From positions 192,172-256,171 of the forward strand of contig NMRA01000480.1 of the NCBI GenBank assembly GCA_002633005.1: a stretch of DNA of 64,000 nt, read 5' to 3'. Positions 11,847-25,400 of this stretch are shown piece after piece. This stretch comes from Phoronis australis. Lineage: Eukaryota; Animalia; Phoronida. Numbering within the stretch: position 1 is the stretch's first letter; each line of letters begins with the position of its first letter. A model generated the notes under the pieces. It searched no databases. It was not told the origin of the DNA and was given only the letters and a program-made list of their open reading frames with translations. The position numbers were made by a program, and so were the translations under genes.

Positions 11847-12501
11847 ATTCATTATATTGTAATTGTATTAGTCATAATAAATGGCCTTATATCGCCTTCC
11901 TCGGTCTCCTTTTCATCTTTGGTAACGAGCATGCGACGCACGTATCATTCGGGACATATGTCGATCATAAATGGTTTTTCACTCGTTAAATATATTTATG
12001 TGAGCATATGGACTCGCCTTACTCCTTTTCCCCCTCATCTCGGTCTATTCCATTATTCCTTTGTGTGGGACTACACGTCGTTTTCCCAGCCTTCGCATTG
12101 GTCTGCTGTTATCACGTGTCTCGAGTTTGGTCAGCTCTTGGCTCTTATAGGCTGACGATTGTCACGTGTCTTTAGGGGCGTTTTTCTTTGTTATTGTAAC
12201 CTCTCTTTCAGTTCACCTTGTTCCGGCCATATTGTCGTACGTCAAAACTCATTCAATTTTCCCACCCTCTTCCTCCCAGTTTTCGTCATTCTCTCGTAGT
12301 TCTACGTGGCCGGAGCTTTTTATTGCCCATCTTACCAGAGATTACCTATTATACGTTATTTACCTGTATTCATTATATTGTAATTGTATTAGTCATAATA
12401 AATGACCTTATATCGCCTACCTCGGTCTCCTTTTCATCTCTGGTAACGAGCTTGCGACGCACGTATCATTTATCTGTATTCGGGACAAATGTCGATCATA
12501 A
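11847..12501 (+). repeat. ~520-bp unit with ~125-bp terminal direct repeats (11847-11970 and 12368-12501)
   Basis: attcattatattgtaattgtattagtcataataaatg...gtcgatcataa occurs twice; the internal part is duplicated at 7516-7800. Confidence 0.75.
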
Positions 12502-12512
12502 ATTAAAATTTT

Positions 12513-12824
12513 GGGCTAGGCCAAGTTTGGGGGCATTTTGTAGATGGGCATTGCATGTAGGCTCAGTGAATGTGGTTTGTTTGCATTTGTGAACATGCTG
12601 AGAATAAAAAAGACCATTTTCTCGGCTGTAGCTGCACTCATCTTCAAGATGGCGGCACCCGGTTGCAATTGTGCATTGCTGCTAGCGACTGAGAAATTGG
12701 CTGCGATTTTAGGTAGCCCTCAAACAACCCAGAATTGCCAAAAAACTAGTTGGTTGACAGTACTTTTGGACCACATTTTCGGAATCTGTAGGAAATTTGC
12801 TTTTAGAATCTATAGATTTTAGTC
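12513..12824 (-). repeat. Inverted copy of repeat at 1376-1693
   Basis: Reverse-complement alignment by eye. Confidence 0.85.
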
Positions 12825-13096
12825 GTGCATCGGCAGGGAAGTGGTGTTTTTGGAGTCAAAAGTGCCGATTTTGCACTTTTTTGCCCCTAGCTATTTTTCT
12901 TAGTCTAGCTTGGTTTTCAGTGGGATTGAAAGGGTCAAAAATACAAGAGATAATAAAGTTTCTGCGCTCATCTGCAGGACTTTTTATGTCAAATAACTGA
13001 AAACATGTCATTCTTTGCATCCTGTTTTTGACAGAGTGAAGAAAAGGTGACCAAGTTTTGCCCAGCAAAACCCAGTGAGAACTGTTCTGTGCCTCC

Positions 13097-13185
13097 TTGA
13101 CTGTTACTTGTGGCTCTAGATCAGTGCCATTAACTGTGGCTCTGGATCAGTGCCAGTAACTGTGGCTCTAGATGAGTGCCAATAA
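13097..13185. repeat. Short tandem repeat (~26 bp, tgtggctctagatcagtgcc..aac) x3; same motif at ~7150-7190 and ~7405-7445
   Basis: Shared gactgtta..tgtggctctagatcagtg. Confidence 0.75.
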
Positions 13186-14384
13186 AATGAATATTTTTTT
13201 CCTCCTCCAGTGGAAACCATTACTTTTTGGAAAATCTGCAAATCTCACGATAGAGTAAAGAAGGCTGAATTTCTCGGTTTAGTTTCCTATAAACACGATC
13301 GCTTTGGCGATTTCTAGCGTAAAGTCTTATTAATTTTTTCATCAGTGAAAATGATTCTTTTCGCATCAGTTGATGAATAGCGGTCATGTCGTGTCCAATA
13401 ATGCATCTGTCCAATAATGCATCCAGAGCCTGTGGTATGCATGGTCTGCGCATGCGCTAGTTTTCGGCTTCCGGTTTTTGCGCAATTCTGCATCCATGGT
13501 CAGTCTGTCGTTGATAAAGCCCGCTGAAAGCATCACAAATCGATCGTCTACACCTAAACCTTGCATATTTCCAAAATCGAGCGAAAGTACGATGTCAAGG
13601 ATGTGTTCAACTACTTGTCGAAGGAGATCACGCATAGTGGTTTGTCCAAGAACGAGTGTGGAACATTTTGGAAATGTGCAAGGAAGTTTTGTTTGGGTAA
13701 GTTTACGTTTGCTTAATAATGTGACTGTGTCTCCGTTGCAAAATTGCAATTCAGTATTTCGCTGTTAGTGTTATGAAATAACGAACAAGACTTTTGAATT
13801 TCCTTAGAGTGAATCTGTACGTCGCAAGTCCTACAAAGCGACGTGAAACAACAATCGATAGACGGATAGTGTAGTCTGTACGACTACGAGTAACGTCATT
13901 AACGAGTACGAGTTTTCTTTGGATACATTTATACGAAGTACTAAGTGCTAGATATACGAGCTACAAAGTGATATGTTTCCATTTTATTGCTATTTATGGC
14001 CGAGCATGGTCTCAAATAATGACAAAGTCAGCCAGTCCTTTGCAAGCTCGGAAATCACTTTCAGTCTTAGTCTAGTTGTTTTGCTAGATGGTAATCAAAA
14101 CCGTTAATTCATTTGGTGGGTCGCAAGAATTACTGAAAAAACTACTAATAGGACTAATAGGTTGAATGGTAGTCGACTTAGGTGCTTAGGTGCAAACGGA
14201 CTGGAAAGCTGCCGATCAAATTATGAAACAGGTCGCTTCGAATCCATGTCAACTAGTACCCAAGTCAACTTGTCTCTAAAACAAATTTCATAACTGTTTC
14301 GAAAATTTAAAACAGATAGGAATTGTGTGCAGCTGTATGATAAGCATGGCCTGTAATTAAGTACCCACTATTGTTAAACGAGTT

Positions 14385-14770
14385 GCAGCTGCTGCGTTGT
14401 TAGACCAAAGTAACCATAACATCACTGTTGAGGTTATGAAAATCATGCAGCAGAAAGGTTGTAACGATTGTGAGCTCTTTGCCATTGCCAATGCAACTGC
14501 GCTTTGTTTTGGTGATGACCCATTGCGTTTACTGTGGAAGCAGAAGGAAATGCGTAGCCATAAGTGTCTTGTTAATGGAAAATTCACGATGTTTCCTAGC
14601 ACTTACTCTCCATACCGACCTGATGTTTCAAATGTTAAGTTTTCATGTGATGTGCCAATGTTTTGTAGGTGCCGTATGTCATTTGCTGATGGTGAGCGTG
14701 AGGACGGTATCAGAATGGTTGGTTGCGATAATTGCAATGGCTAGTACCATCAGGATTGTGAAGCCATAAG
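14385..14770 (+). pseudogene. Decayed Ulp1/SENP-like cysteine protease C-terminus plus PHD finger (probable transposon cargo)
   Basis: QQKGCNDCELFAIANATALCFG (cf. QQxNxxDCGLFAIA), then FCRCRM...MVGCDNCNG*YHQDC (PHD with W->stop). Confidence 0.65.
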
Positions 14771-15949
14771 ATCAGTGGCCGTCAGTAGAATCATCACTTA
14801 CATACATCTGCCAGCAGTACAAGTGTTAAGGTTATGGAGTACCCCAGATAATGTTATATGAAATAAGAAATGAAATGACAATTTCGATAACTTTAAACTA
14901 CCTTTTTGAGTTCCATCTTGAAAATATCAGCAATATTTTGTTCATTTATGTATATGGTCATTTTGCCATAAATGTACTTTTCCTGTTTCCAAATTAAAAT
15001 ACATTTGACCCAAGCGATTCTACAACCTTTCTATTTAAGAAAATTTATGCCGATTTAAGTTTTATAATCGTTTAAATATTTGATTGAATGCACAAGACTT
15101 GTTGATAATGTCCTACATAACCTTGCACAAAATTTGACTCCATTTGGACATAGAAGTAAATCCACAAGGTATAGGTGCGGGTGTGACTTGTAAATTTCAA
15201 TTCTCAAAGTTTCAGATATATCCAGATATTGATAGAAATAATTTGTGTAATTGTGCTTTTTTCTTCAACCAATGAAGTGCACATTTCTCAATGAATCTGT
15301 ACACTGACTAGAACTAACTTTGTTTTTTATTTCCCATTTCTTTACCCAAGTCTGATCAAACTTGAAGTTTATCAAATGGTGTTATGTTTGGCATGCGCTG
15401 GTCGAAAGTTGGGATTGGAGAATATAATTTGGGACTTCATCTGAGACAATTCAAATAGAATTCACTTGACTCAGTCAGAGTGAAATGTGCATTTTCCATG
15501 TTTTAGTAGCTACTAAGGGTGTACAGCTGAAGTCACTCTGCTCTGTTGCTACCCTTGTTTCGATCTAACGACTTGTATGGCTTCAGACAGATATGACCCT
15601 CAGCTCATTGACGTGTGGTCATGATATGCCGTCTTATTTTTTGTAGGTATCATTTGCTATTTGATGACAGTGTTGAATGCGGTACCTGGCTGGTATCATC
15701 GTTTTTTAAAAATACTCTTTCCTTTGTTTTGACATCAAACTCTACTCAATTTGAGCTAAAAATGAAGTACTCTTCAAAAACACTTATTTTTCATGAATAC
15801 ACTTGGACTAATTTTTATAGGGTTTTGATTGACAGTGTTGGTTAATTGATTTCATTCTGCTCTGTTGCTACCAGTGTTTCGATTTAACGACATGTGTGGC
15901 TTCCGACAGCTATGCTTTTTGGTCATGTGATGTGCCATTTTTTTGTAGG

Positions 15950-18000
15950 TGAGTCTACACGGTGCTGTAAGATTTCGAAGGCACCATGATGTACGCTGTA
16001 ACGAGATTCCATTGTTGATGTATTTTGACACCATATCAAAGTGTTTGTTACTGCTATTTGTGGTCTGGAAGATGCTGTTTTTGTCTACTACAATCTTTTT
16101 AGTTAGAGGATATGGATTTTTAGCATCACATATTCATTTAAATATTAAGAGTTTGTTTTCATAGATGTAACCAAAACTTTATATTTTCAAAGTGATTTTG
16201 TTTTGATTTTGAATCAAAATATTCGACTAAGATTTGTGATGCTGGAAATTCTAGTTTACTGTCTGTTATGGTTTTTCTTTTTTTATGGTTCAAGAATATG
16301 TTCGTCACCAGACTTCCATATGTATTTTATAATACGCGTTGTACTATTATTATCGTGGATGTACCCAAATTGTACATTTTCAAGTCAGTTTGGAATTTAT
16401 TTTATTTCCAAATATACTGGCATTTGTTATCCGAGGAGGCTATCCAATCGCCCTTGTGATTTTTTAATTGAGGGTTGTTGCTTCTGACTTGCAATTAATG
16501 TTAAGAACAGGTTTTGTACCGCATTAAAGAGCATGTTTTTTGTATTAATCAACAATTTCCAACATTTTCGCATGTCACTAGTACATAATGTGTTCTTTCC
16601 TTTGTAATTATTATTTGGAGAAAATAAATTTAAATCTGAATGTTCTCGTCTCATTCTCTTGGAGTTGGCTTTTTTGCGGGATACTTGGCCCAGGCAGTTG
16701 TAGCTTTTGTGAAGTAGGTGTTCATTTTCTGCAAACCAGGACCTCTGAAAAATAACAACTGGTTCCAAAAATTGTATATTTAGTAGGACTTGAACAGTGT
16801 TTATTACAACTTCACGTTAGTACGACTTTCGGGTTTGCGTTTTTATCTTAGTAGTCAACGAAACAACTTTTTAGGTTCCAATGTGGAAATCCGAAAATTT
16901 TTTGATATTGGTAACTTATGAAACGTAAGCAATCGTCTTGTTGCTGTGTTCACGAAAACGCTTCTTCAGTCTTGTACAGGGACCTGAAAATGATAACGTA
17001 GTAACGGTATTCACTTTGAGAAGAAATGTAGCTAATTCGTAACTGCTGCTCTAGGTCTTTTCAAGAACTTAACAGTAAAGCCTAACGTCGCAAATTATGT
17101 TGGTTCTGGTCTGCGCTCTTTGCATGACTTAAAGATACGCCAGAAATTTTGAAAAAATGGTTGTGGTCCACGCCCGCAACATTTTGAAAATTGCGCTTCT
17201 GTGTTAATGCAAACTAGTGAAACCCGCATCGCCGCACTATTTTAGCAGATAACAGGCGAATTTTTCAGTGTTTTCTCATCGATGTTCATACAGGAACAAG
17301 AAAAAGTGCACGCCCGCATTAGTAGCAAAGATGACGATTTTTTTAACACAAACGCATCCACGCACAATGACTTGCCAACACGTAAGGTTAACGATTAAGA
17401 AAGGCCTTTGTTGAAAATCTCATACATCTTGTTTTTGAAAAAAATCAACCAAAAAGAAAATCGCACCCCATTACTTTTCAAACAGCTACAGATTTACACA
17501 TTAAGAGGAATGAGGAATATACATATATTCTACACAAATTTCAATAAACTTTAAGACATTGGTTTTGGCCATATTTCACGGGCGTCTTGGCATCGAAATG
17601 CAATTAATGAGACCAGTTAAAGTGAATACAAAATGCTCAAATCAGTGAACAGTTCCTTTGGGAATATGTAGTGGCCCTTAAAAGGGCCTTTGGGTCTCGT
17701 TCACGCCATATTTATAGCATGCACGATGGCGCACTTTAATGACCGATACAATTGAACACCTTGATCATTCAGATGCACTTGGTCATGATGCATGAGTTTG
17801 CGATTGTTCCGAAATCGCCGGTGAAACCAAAACATTGCATTGGGAAAATGCTCGAATGTCTCCCGCAGCAGGGTATTCATTGTATCTGCTTTCTTGTCAT
17901 ATCCTGCCAGGTTGTACCTGTACAGGACAGAGGACACAAGAATGGTAGACACTTGATTACACTTGCTGCAAATGCTTGGTTACGCCCTTCTTACATTTCT
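15950..18000 (-). mobile_element. Highly decayed LINE-like remnant: SGNH esterase ORF1 fragment, possibly followed by an APE-type ORF2 fragment
   Basis: 17701-17952: FWFHRRF...DQVHLNDQGVQLYRSLKCAI (DGVHLNxxG esterase block V). 16427-16768: VVIFQRSW weakly resembles the APE xxLQEtW motif. Boundaries are approximate. Confidence 0.4.
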
Positions 18001-19499
18001 CCATAAGAACTTCAATGTACCACGCACATTGTATCGCAACTGCTAATCGCGCAACTGAGCCGACGTTATATATTAACTTGAAAAAATCCTCAGGCCCAGT
18101 CTGAGCCAGTAGCTAAAAGAAAAAATAAAAAGCAGTGACCTACACCATTTTACAACTGGACGTTCCCTCTATGTCGCTGGCTAAGATACGAAAATTAAAA
18201 TGTGACAAAAAGCATTTCTTAGTGGTAACACCAACAGGAACCTCGAAATCTTGAGTGGCGATCCTGTTTCAAAGTGAATCCTAACATACCGAATTTGAAA
18301 ATGTTTGAACGTGACTCAAACCTCAGTGAAATAGGAATACGTGGGATTAAACCAAACAATTTTACATTCGTTTTTAGCCAGCTAAAGGGGTTATGCAGAT
18401 TTGAAAATCTTCTCACTCACCGCCATCCAGTTGTTAACTCTCGCTATTTGATGATAACCCCTCCCAATTAGCAAAATCGAAAACTTTGTATGAAAAGTGC
18501 TATAAAGATAAGATAAACTTCATTATGCGCCTTTTAAAAGAATAAGAGAAGTGCTAAGAAGGAATTTTACATACAGGTAGTTAGATGTCTATTCCTGCTG
18601 ACGACCAGTAAACAACCGCTCAGTAAAGGTTAATATGAATTCTCTTTTTAAATTATTCTGCTCATAGAAACATATGGGCACATTTTTTGACAACTATGAT
18701 ACAGCTTCGGTGACTGCATTAAGCAGAGTCAAGATAGGTAGGGTTTTTTCAATTTGATTATTTTGTTTTGATGTCTTAGTTACTTGCAAATCGTCATCAA
18801 AATGGTATGTGTTGTCAATAAAATCAGACAAAGACGATTTTGGATGACCAATTCATAATTTATTAGTACAACCTATGGTGTATCATGAGACTGGCTCAAC
18901 GAAGTTAAAATAAGCTGTTATCAATCTCAGTATTTTTCGCTATGCGCTGGTCATAGATGTATATTGTGCTGCAAGGGATGATAAAGTTATTAGAAAGAGT
19001 AATTGGTCCAATACATTACGAAAAATGTTGGAAAGGATGTTGAGCGGAACCACTCAAAGGAAAATTGGAATTCAGTTGATATGAAAAGTAATGTTAAGTT
19101 ATTTTACAGTGATACTTGCATTCTACAGATTTTACCTGGCGCAATTATCGTACTTTCAATTTTGTCTTTCTCAAGATTCCGATGGCACTGTAAAGTACAA
19201 GCAACGCTGTGCAATATCTTACAAGGGATGCGGACAAAGTTTTCAGCGCCTTTAATTGACTATCATTTATCAAAAATGCTGCCAACTTCAGTGAAGATCT
19301 GCTGTGGGTGCAACGCGTTTGATGACTTGGAAATTCCTTTAGTCAGTGGAGCGGCACGAAATAACAAAGCCTGTGTATTGTAAAATGAAAATCAATACTA
19401 ATCGATGAGTTTTGGGTACGTGCATCCGTCCAATTCTAAATGGCATCATGTCATATAATACAGCCAGCAGGGATTTTGCATATTCCTGTCTTATTAATC

Positions 19500-20075
19500 G
19501 AGGTGTGTAATTGCGCAATACTGCATCCATCTATCGTATAAAGCTATCAGAAATGGCTATGGATGCATTATTGGACAGAGGTGTTATTGCACAATATTGC
19601 ATCTGTCCATCCGATAAAGCAGTCAGAAATGGCTGTGGATGCATTACTGAACAGAGGTGTTATTGCACAATACTGCATCCATCTATCGTATAAAGCAGTC
19701 AGAAATGGCCGTGGATGCACTATTGGACAGAGATGGTATTGCACAATAGTGCATCCGTCTATCCAATAAAGCAGTCAAAAATGGCTGTGGATGCACTATT
19801 GGACAGAGGTGTTATTGCACAATAGTGCATCCGTCTATCCAATAAAGCAGTCAAAATGGCTGTGGATGCACTATTGGACAGAGGTGTTGTTGCACAATGG
19901 TGCATCCGTCTATCGGATAAAGCAGTAAGAGGTGGCTGTGGATGCATTATTGGACAGGTGTATTGCACAATAGTGCATCCATCCATCTGATAAATCAGTA
20001 GCAAGTCGCTGTGGATGCATTTTTGGATAGGCGTGTTATTGTACAATATCGCATCCGACCATCTGATTCAGCAGC
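19500..20075. repeat. Minisatellite, ~76-bp unit x ~7.5
   Basis: aaatggctgtggatgca..attggacagaggtgttattgcacaat at 19551, 19627, 19703, 19779, 19854... Confidence 0.92.
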
Positions 20076-21079
20076 CGTAAGTGGCTAAGGTGTCCCACTA
20101 TGCGCAACATCTTGAAAGGTATTTATAGCAATGCCACTATGATGCTTTAGTCATTGTGACTGAGGCAGAATTTGTCAGCTAAGAAGACGGTGGTCATTGC
20201 CTAAGCTCACGACTGAAGTGAAGTATCCGTGGAATTCGTAGTCCTAAGTGTCATTCCTTGCAGCATATAGTGTTTTAGAGACGATCAGGACCCGAGACTG
20301 AGTGTGAGCTCAGGCACACAGGCTTCGCTGCCAGTGCCAGCCAACAAAATCTCCTACATGTGTACATTTAAAAATAACACAAGCTCAAAACTCTTTGAAA
20401 GATACTCACACACATCACTGACATTGCCCTTTATCTCTTTTTTCCAAAATAAACAAGATACGAGGCATAAATGATGCTGGGACGAACGATCTAATAAACG
20501 TCATTTTCAAGCATTACTCTCCACCTTTTGAGTTTTGTAACAAAGAAAGTCTGTTGTCGTTTTGAAAACAGTACGCTGGTGACACGCGCACGCGCCGTAC
20601 TAAAATTTTGCGACTACTTTTGGGACATGATAACAGCTTCGCAGCAGTAAAGTTTATTCTGAATTTGGTTTGCTGGTCTTAAAAATGCTAATAACTTGTA
20701 ACGAAATGAGAGCAGTTCCGACAATTGGTTGGGAAAACGTGCACTCGTGGCAGCAAACAACAGTTGACAGAAGAATAAACCGGGGGAAAGAAACTGTTCA
20801 GGTCAGGTGACGTAATTGCCAAACGCCGACTCCCAAGAACGCACTTCAATTTTAGCAGCAGGCCTAGATGAGCGGTAGAGCGATAGATTCTTCCAACACC
20901 TGTCACAGTGGCGGATCTACGGGGGGGGTTCAGGGGGTTTGAACCCCCCCCCTCGGGCCGGGACCCAAAAATAAAAAAACAAACATCTCCAGCAAAACAA
21001 AAACGGCACCGCCAGCGTGTGTAAACCCCAAGTAAACCAACTTTGATAAAAATGAGGGGGATGGGGGGGGGGGGGGGCC

Positions 21080-21379
21080 NNNNNNNNNNNNNNNNNNNNN
21101 NNNNNNNNNNNNNNNNNNNNNNNNNNNNNNNNNNNNNNNNNNNNNNNNNNNNNNNNNNNNNNNNNNNNNNNNNNNNNNNNNNNNNNNNNNNNNNNNNNNN
21201 NNNNNNNNNNNNNNNNNNNNNNNNNNNNNNNNNNNNNNNNNNNNNNNNNNNNNNNNNNNNNNNNNNNNNNNNNNNNNNNNNNNNNNNNNNNNNNNNNNNN
21301 NNNNNNNNNNNNNNNNNNNNNNNNNNNNNNNNNNNNNNNNNNNNNNNNNNNNNNNNNNNNNNNNNNNNNNNNNNNNNNN
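21080..21379. other. Assembly gap (300 N)
   Basis: Run of n. Confidence 1.
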
Positions 21380-21830
21380 TCTTCTCTATCCAGGATCTTC
21401 ACATCTTCCATGGCGAAAGAGTGGTCTGTGGAAGCCATGTGAGTAAAAACTGCAGAATCATAGCAGTCCCCATAACTGGACCTCCGATGCTGGTTGAAAC
21501 GACTTTTCAGGGCTTGTTTGGTTTCCCCAATATATGCTGCTCCACACCCCGGTTCCGAGCATGAAATGCCATACACCACATTTGATGTTTTCTCTTTGCT
21601 GGTTTTGTCTTTCACATTTAACAATTGAGTCCTTATGGTGTTAACAGGTTTGAATACAACAGCAATGTCATGTCCCCTCATATGTGATTTGATCTGGTCA
21701 GCGATCCCTGGCACAAAAGGCAATGTTACCCTGATGTTTCCCCTATTGTCAGGCTGCGTGTTCTGAGGCCTGACTCTGTCATGGTTTGCCTTGTGGAATG
21801 ACCACTTCGGGTAGCCACATCTTTTCAGCA
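21380..21830 (-). mobile_element. Penelope-like element fragment (GIY-YIG endonuclease region)
   Basis: LKRCGYPKW..VTLPFVPG..VVFKP..NVVYGISC..C..AYIGETKQALKSRFNQH..SAVFTH..H.F..VKILDRE. Confidence 0.88.
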
Positions 21831-21834
21831 CTGT

Positions 21835-22440
21835 TGCTGGAATGGACTTAGTGCCAACTGAGCTGCGAAACGAGATGCTGACACTGTAGAGGCGTACAAG
21901 CTCATTGACACAGCAGTTGACGAAGTGAAAGTGTTGGGAACAAACGTCGAAGATGTCTGGGTAGAATGGTTCCAAGAGGAGCAAACCATTGGATCCGATA
22001 TACAGATTCCTCGGCAGGTCTAGACAACAAAAAGATAGGACCAACGTTCCTGGAGAAACACCCAGGTAATAAGTTGTAATTCTACACAGTTAGTAATAAT
22101 GTTGGTTGTTTATGCTTGTGTACAATGAAAACAAAATAGAAATTATTTTTGGACATGCCAAATTTACCCAGTACAACAGAGGGTCTACGAGCGCACATAA
22201 ACTGATTCTGATTTGTATTTCCACTTGCGTCTATCTGCTTCATATCCAAAATCTATTTCACGTAGTGCGTAGTTAAAATTGTACTCACTTGTTTCTTCCA
22301 GTGAGTACTACAGAACGGTGCGAAAACCCTTCCTAGACAACCTCTCGCAGCAGTTGACCACCAGATGTGTAAACTACACGTATGAGCAACCACTGGGGAG
22401 TAAAAAGTGTCTAGAGAGAAGTTTTCAATTCAAAGTTTTT
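21835..22440 (+). pseudogene. hAT transposase C-terminal fragment (THAP12/PRKRIR-like) with one spliceosomal intron (22066-22301)
   Basis: KRDADTVEAYKLIDTAV..WVEWF..IPRQ..RTNVPGETP|SEYYRTVRKPFLDNLSQQL..ERSF; GT..AG removal joins CCC AG|T GAG TAC TAC. Confidence 0.7.
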
Positions 22441-25400
22441 TGTAAAGTACGCTTTAGGTCTCACGACGGAGCAGGCCAGCTTGATTTGTGTAAATATCGA
22501 GTTTCAGTGTACTTCTGGTCCCTCGGCGAACTAACTAGTCTTGTGATGTTTTTTACCAAAATGTGCTTTGTAAAACTATTTATCTCAGCCAGTACTGTTT
22601 GGTCCCGCGACAGATCGACTATTTTTATAGGGATAATAAGCACAGGTGTACTTATGGTCTCGTGACGGACCAGGCCAGAGTTTTTGTGTACTCTCAATGT
22701 ACATCTGGTCCCTCTGCAAACTGGTCCTGTATATCTTTTCACCACGATAACAGAATGTTTTGGTTTCGTGAAACTGTTTTCAGACGATTTGTTTCCCGAT
22801 ACATTTGACGTTTTTCAATTGTTGTGAGCGTGATTCAGCGTATTTATTGTCGCTTTTAATAATAAACTATGAGCTATGAGCACCATCGTTCGCCAGTTTT
22901 TCTCGTAACGAGACAGAACACATGTTTATTTCCGGACTAACAGTACAGTTCTTCGTTCTTAAACAGCTTGAGGCTGTTGCGATTATCTGATATTCAAGTT
23001 TTACGCCCCGTCGGTGCTCCTTATGCTCTTGAATATTTGATAGTTGTCTAAGCCCCTGTATACACACCCCACTTTTTCGTATGCCGCTAAAAAGGTGTGT
23101 GTAAACAGATGTTCCAACAAAATTTTTTGCTGGTGGTGTGACTCATACCCAGATGTGCACAAATATGGTTTCATGAAACTTATGAGCCAAGTTTATGTGA
23201 CGAAATCGAGAAGGGTTTTTAATTATCTTAAGAAAAACTCCAGGGACATGTTAAGTGCCAGAAACGTATCAGGAAGCATGGAAACTTCGCTGTTTGGCTA
23301 CAAAACCAAAAAGTTGTCTTACACAACCCCCCNCGGCCCCACGCGCCTCGGATTCGACCTTTGCGGGAATCCTAAAAACCCCCCTTACTGAAAATGTAGA
23401 TCCGCCACTGCGGTTAATTTGGTTTACTCAAAGAGCGATGCAGCTTTTAATGACACTATTTCTGTGTCAGATTTTATTTATTCCTTTTTACCCACATCGA
23501 CGCGAAGCTGTAGATTTTGTATACAGCTTAAAAGCGTTTGATTTTAGACTGAGTCAGTGGTCCCCACCGAGACCGCGCTATTGGCTTCGGCGGCGCTAGG
23601 CTATCGGGAAACAGCAACTTGCACGATATTACATACAAGTGGAAGTGTCGAGATATATGTGTCGTAGTATTTTAACTTTGTTGTCTCTAACAGATGTAAT
23701 TTTGAAATTCTGTGATTTGAAATCTGCACCCGTCACCGAAAGGTAAGTTTCCTGTGGCAACGGTCTGTACGTCTCAGGTTACAACGATGATGTAGGCCTA
23801 CTGTACTTGCATCGATTCGTAAGAGCGCCATCAATAGACAATCAATTGATTAAGGGGTCATTTCTAATGTAATGGCTCTTAAACTCTACACATAGCATAA
23901 TAAGTTGACTACTGAAAGGGTCCCCATGACGAAGGCATCTCTTGAAATTAAAATAACCTCAAGTAAATCCGTTGTTTTGAACACAAGACACAATAACGTT
24001 ATAAATTTTTTTATCCGTCGAATAAATTTGGGATCAAATTTAAAGGCTGTTAAGTGAGGCAAGATATTTTTTAGTCATTTATCAAGATTTACTCTTTAGC
24101 TGTGAGTTCAAAAAGTTACATAAAGCTACAAGGTGCAATATGGCAGTAAGAGGGTCACAAATACGGCCACTAAGATTAGGTATGGAAAGTGGTCTGTGGA
24201 TTATCTCCCCTGTCAATGCCCGTCAAATTTGAGTAAATACAAATAATTATTTATAGTATGCATTGGTTATTCCAGCCACCAAAGTACAACTTTCAATCTA
24301 TTTTGTAAGTTACTTATTTTAGTTGCTGAAAACATACAATTTTGGACACGGCTGATATTACCAATTACGGTCTAGTGCTCCAGAGGCAAATTTTAGTTCA
24401 CAAAATGTGACATTTAGAGTTTTGCTAGGATGCCTATGCATGTACAAATGAAAATGAAACTCTTCTGAATTTTGAAGTATAGACTGATTTTTGAAAATCT
24501 ACTGGTTTTTATATAGACTGCCTCTTAAACATTGTTATGCATTTACTTAACTCATTGATGAAATGTTATCGCCTGGACATGGTCGCTTTTCACGTTACCA
24601 AAACGTATAAGCGGATTTGAAAATACCTGACGTCATTTTGGTCGCTCTGTTTATCAAACTGAAACACTGCAAACCAAACACACGTTGCCGGGGAATCTCC
24701 TGTAAACACAACAACCTTTGCGCGTATGAAAATAGCGGCGATCAATAAACAGGTGCATTGAAGGAGCCCGATGTCGTCCGTTTCCATACTTCTACACCTA
24801 CAATTATAATCAATGTGAACGGCCAATCGCCTACTCATCGTTGAAACCCCGTGTAACACTAATCATTTATCTTACAGTGTGCGCGCTTTCCGATACCATC
24901 TATAGTTTACCCTCAGTGTCGAATAACTCGATGCAAGGAGTTGTCTTCGAGATAGCTGGTCCCAAATCGATTGACAGCCCGAGGTTATCATTTAATACCT
25001 TTTGCTGGCTTTGAATATTTCACGTGTTAGGGAAAAGAACATAGTTTGAAAAGTTACACCAGCAAGACAGTTGGCGAGCAATGCGTTCTATACGCCTATA
25101 CATCAAGCAGACGACAAGAGTTAAAGCGTTAGTGGAGTCCACTTAGTACCTAAGTAGTTGATTCCTGGACACTGATAAACATATCAACAAGTACTTGTCC
25201 ACTATAATTCTTTTGAGTCGCGAAGTTAAGGATTTTCCGGGAGCAATATCAGTAGCTAGTGTCGCATATGCGTACACAATTCACGGGTGAATAGACGAGA
25301 TACTTGTAATGTTATACAAGTGGATACCTAGAAAGTTGGGAAAAGTCCGCAGAGGTTTTATTATGAGAAAGACAATATACACATATAAAACGTAGGCGTA

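Larger units (their letters stand above)
20906..23410 (+). mobile_element. hAT-superfamily DNA transposon remnant
   Basis: 15-bp TIRs CAGTGGCGGATCTAC (20906) / GTAGATCCGCCACTG (ends 23410); internal hAT transposase fragments. No matching 8-bp TSD and a gap lies inside, so the two ends may come from different copies. Confidence 0.6.

Noticed and set aside
19500-20075. Regular 36-76-bp repeat arrays (also 25645-26300, 28760-29115, 54975-55582) as CRISPR
   Set aside because: Units are contiguous with no unique spacers, no cas genes, and the context is eukaryotic.
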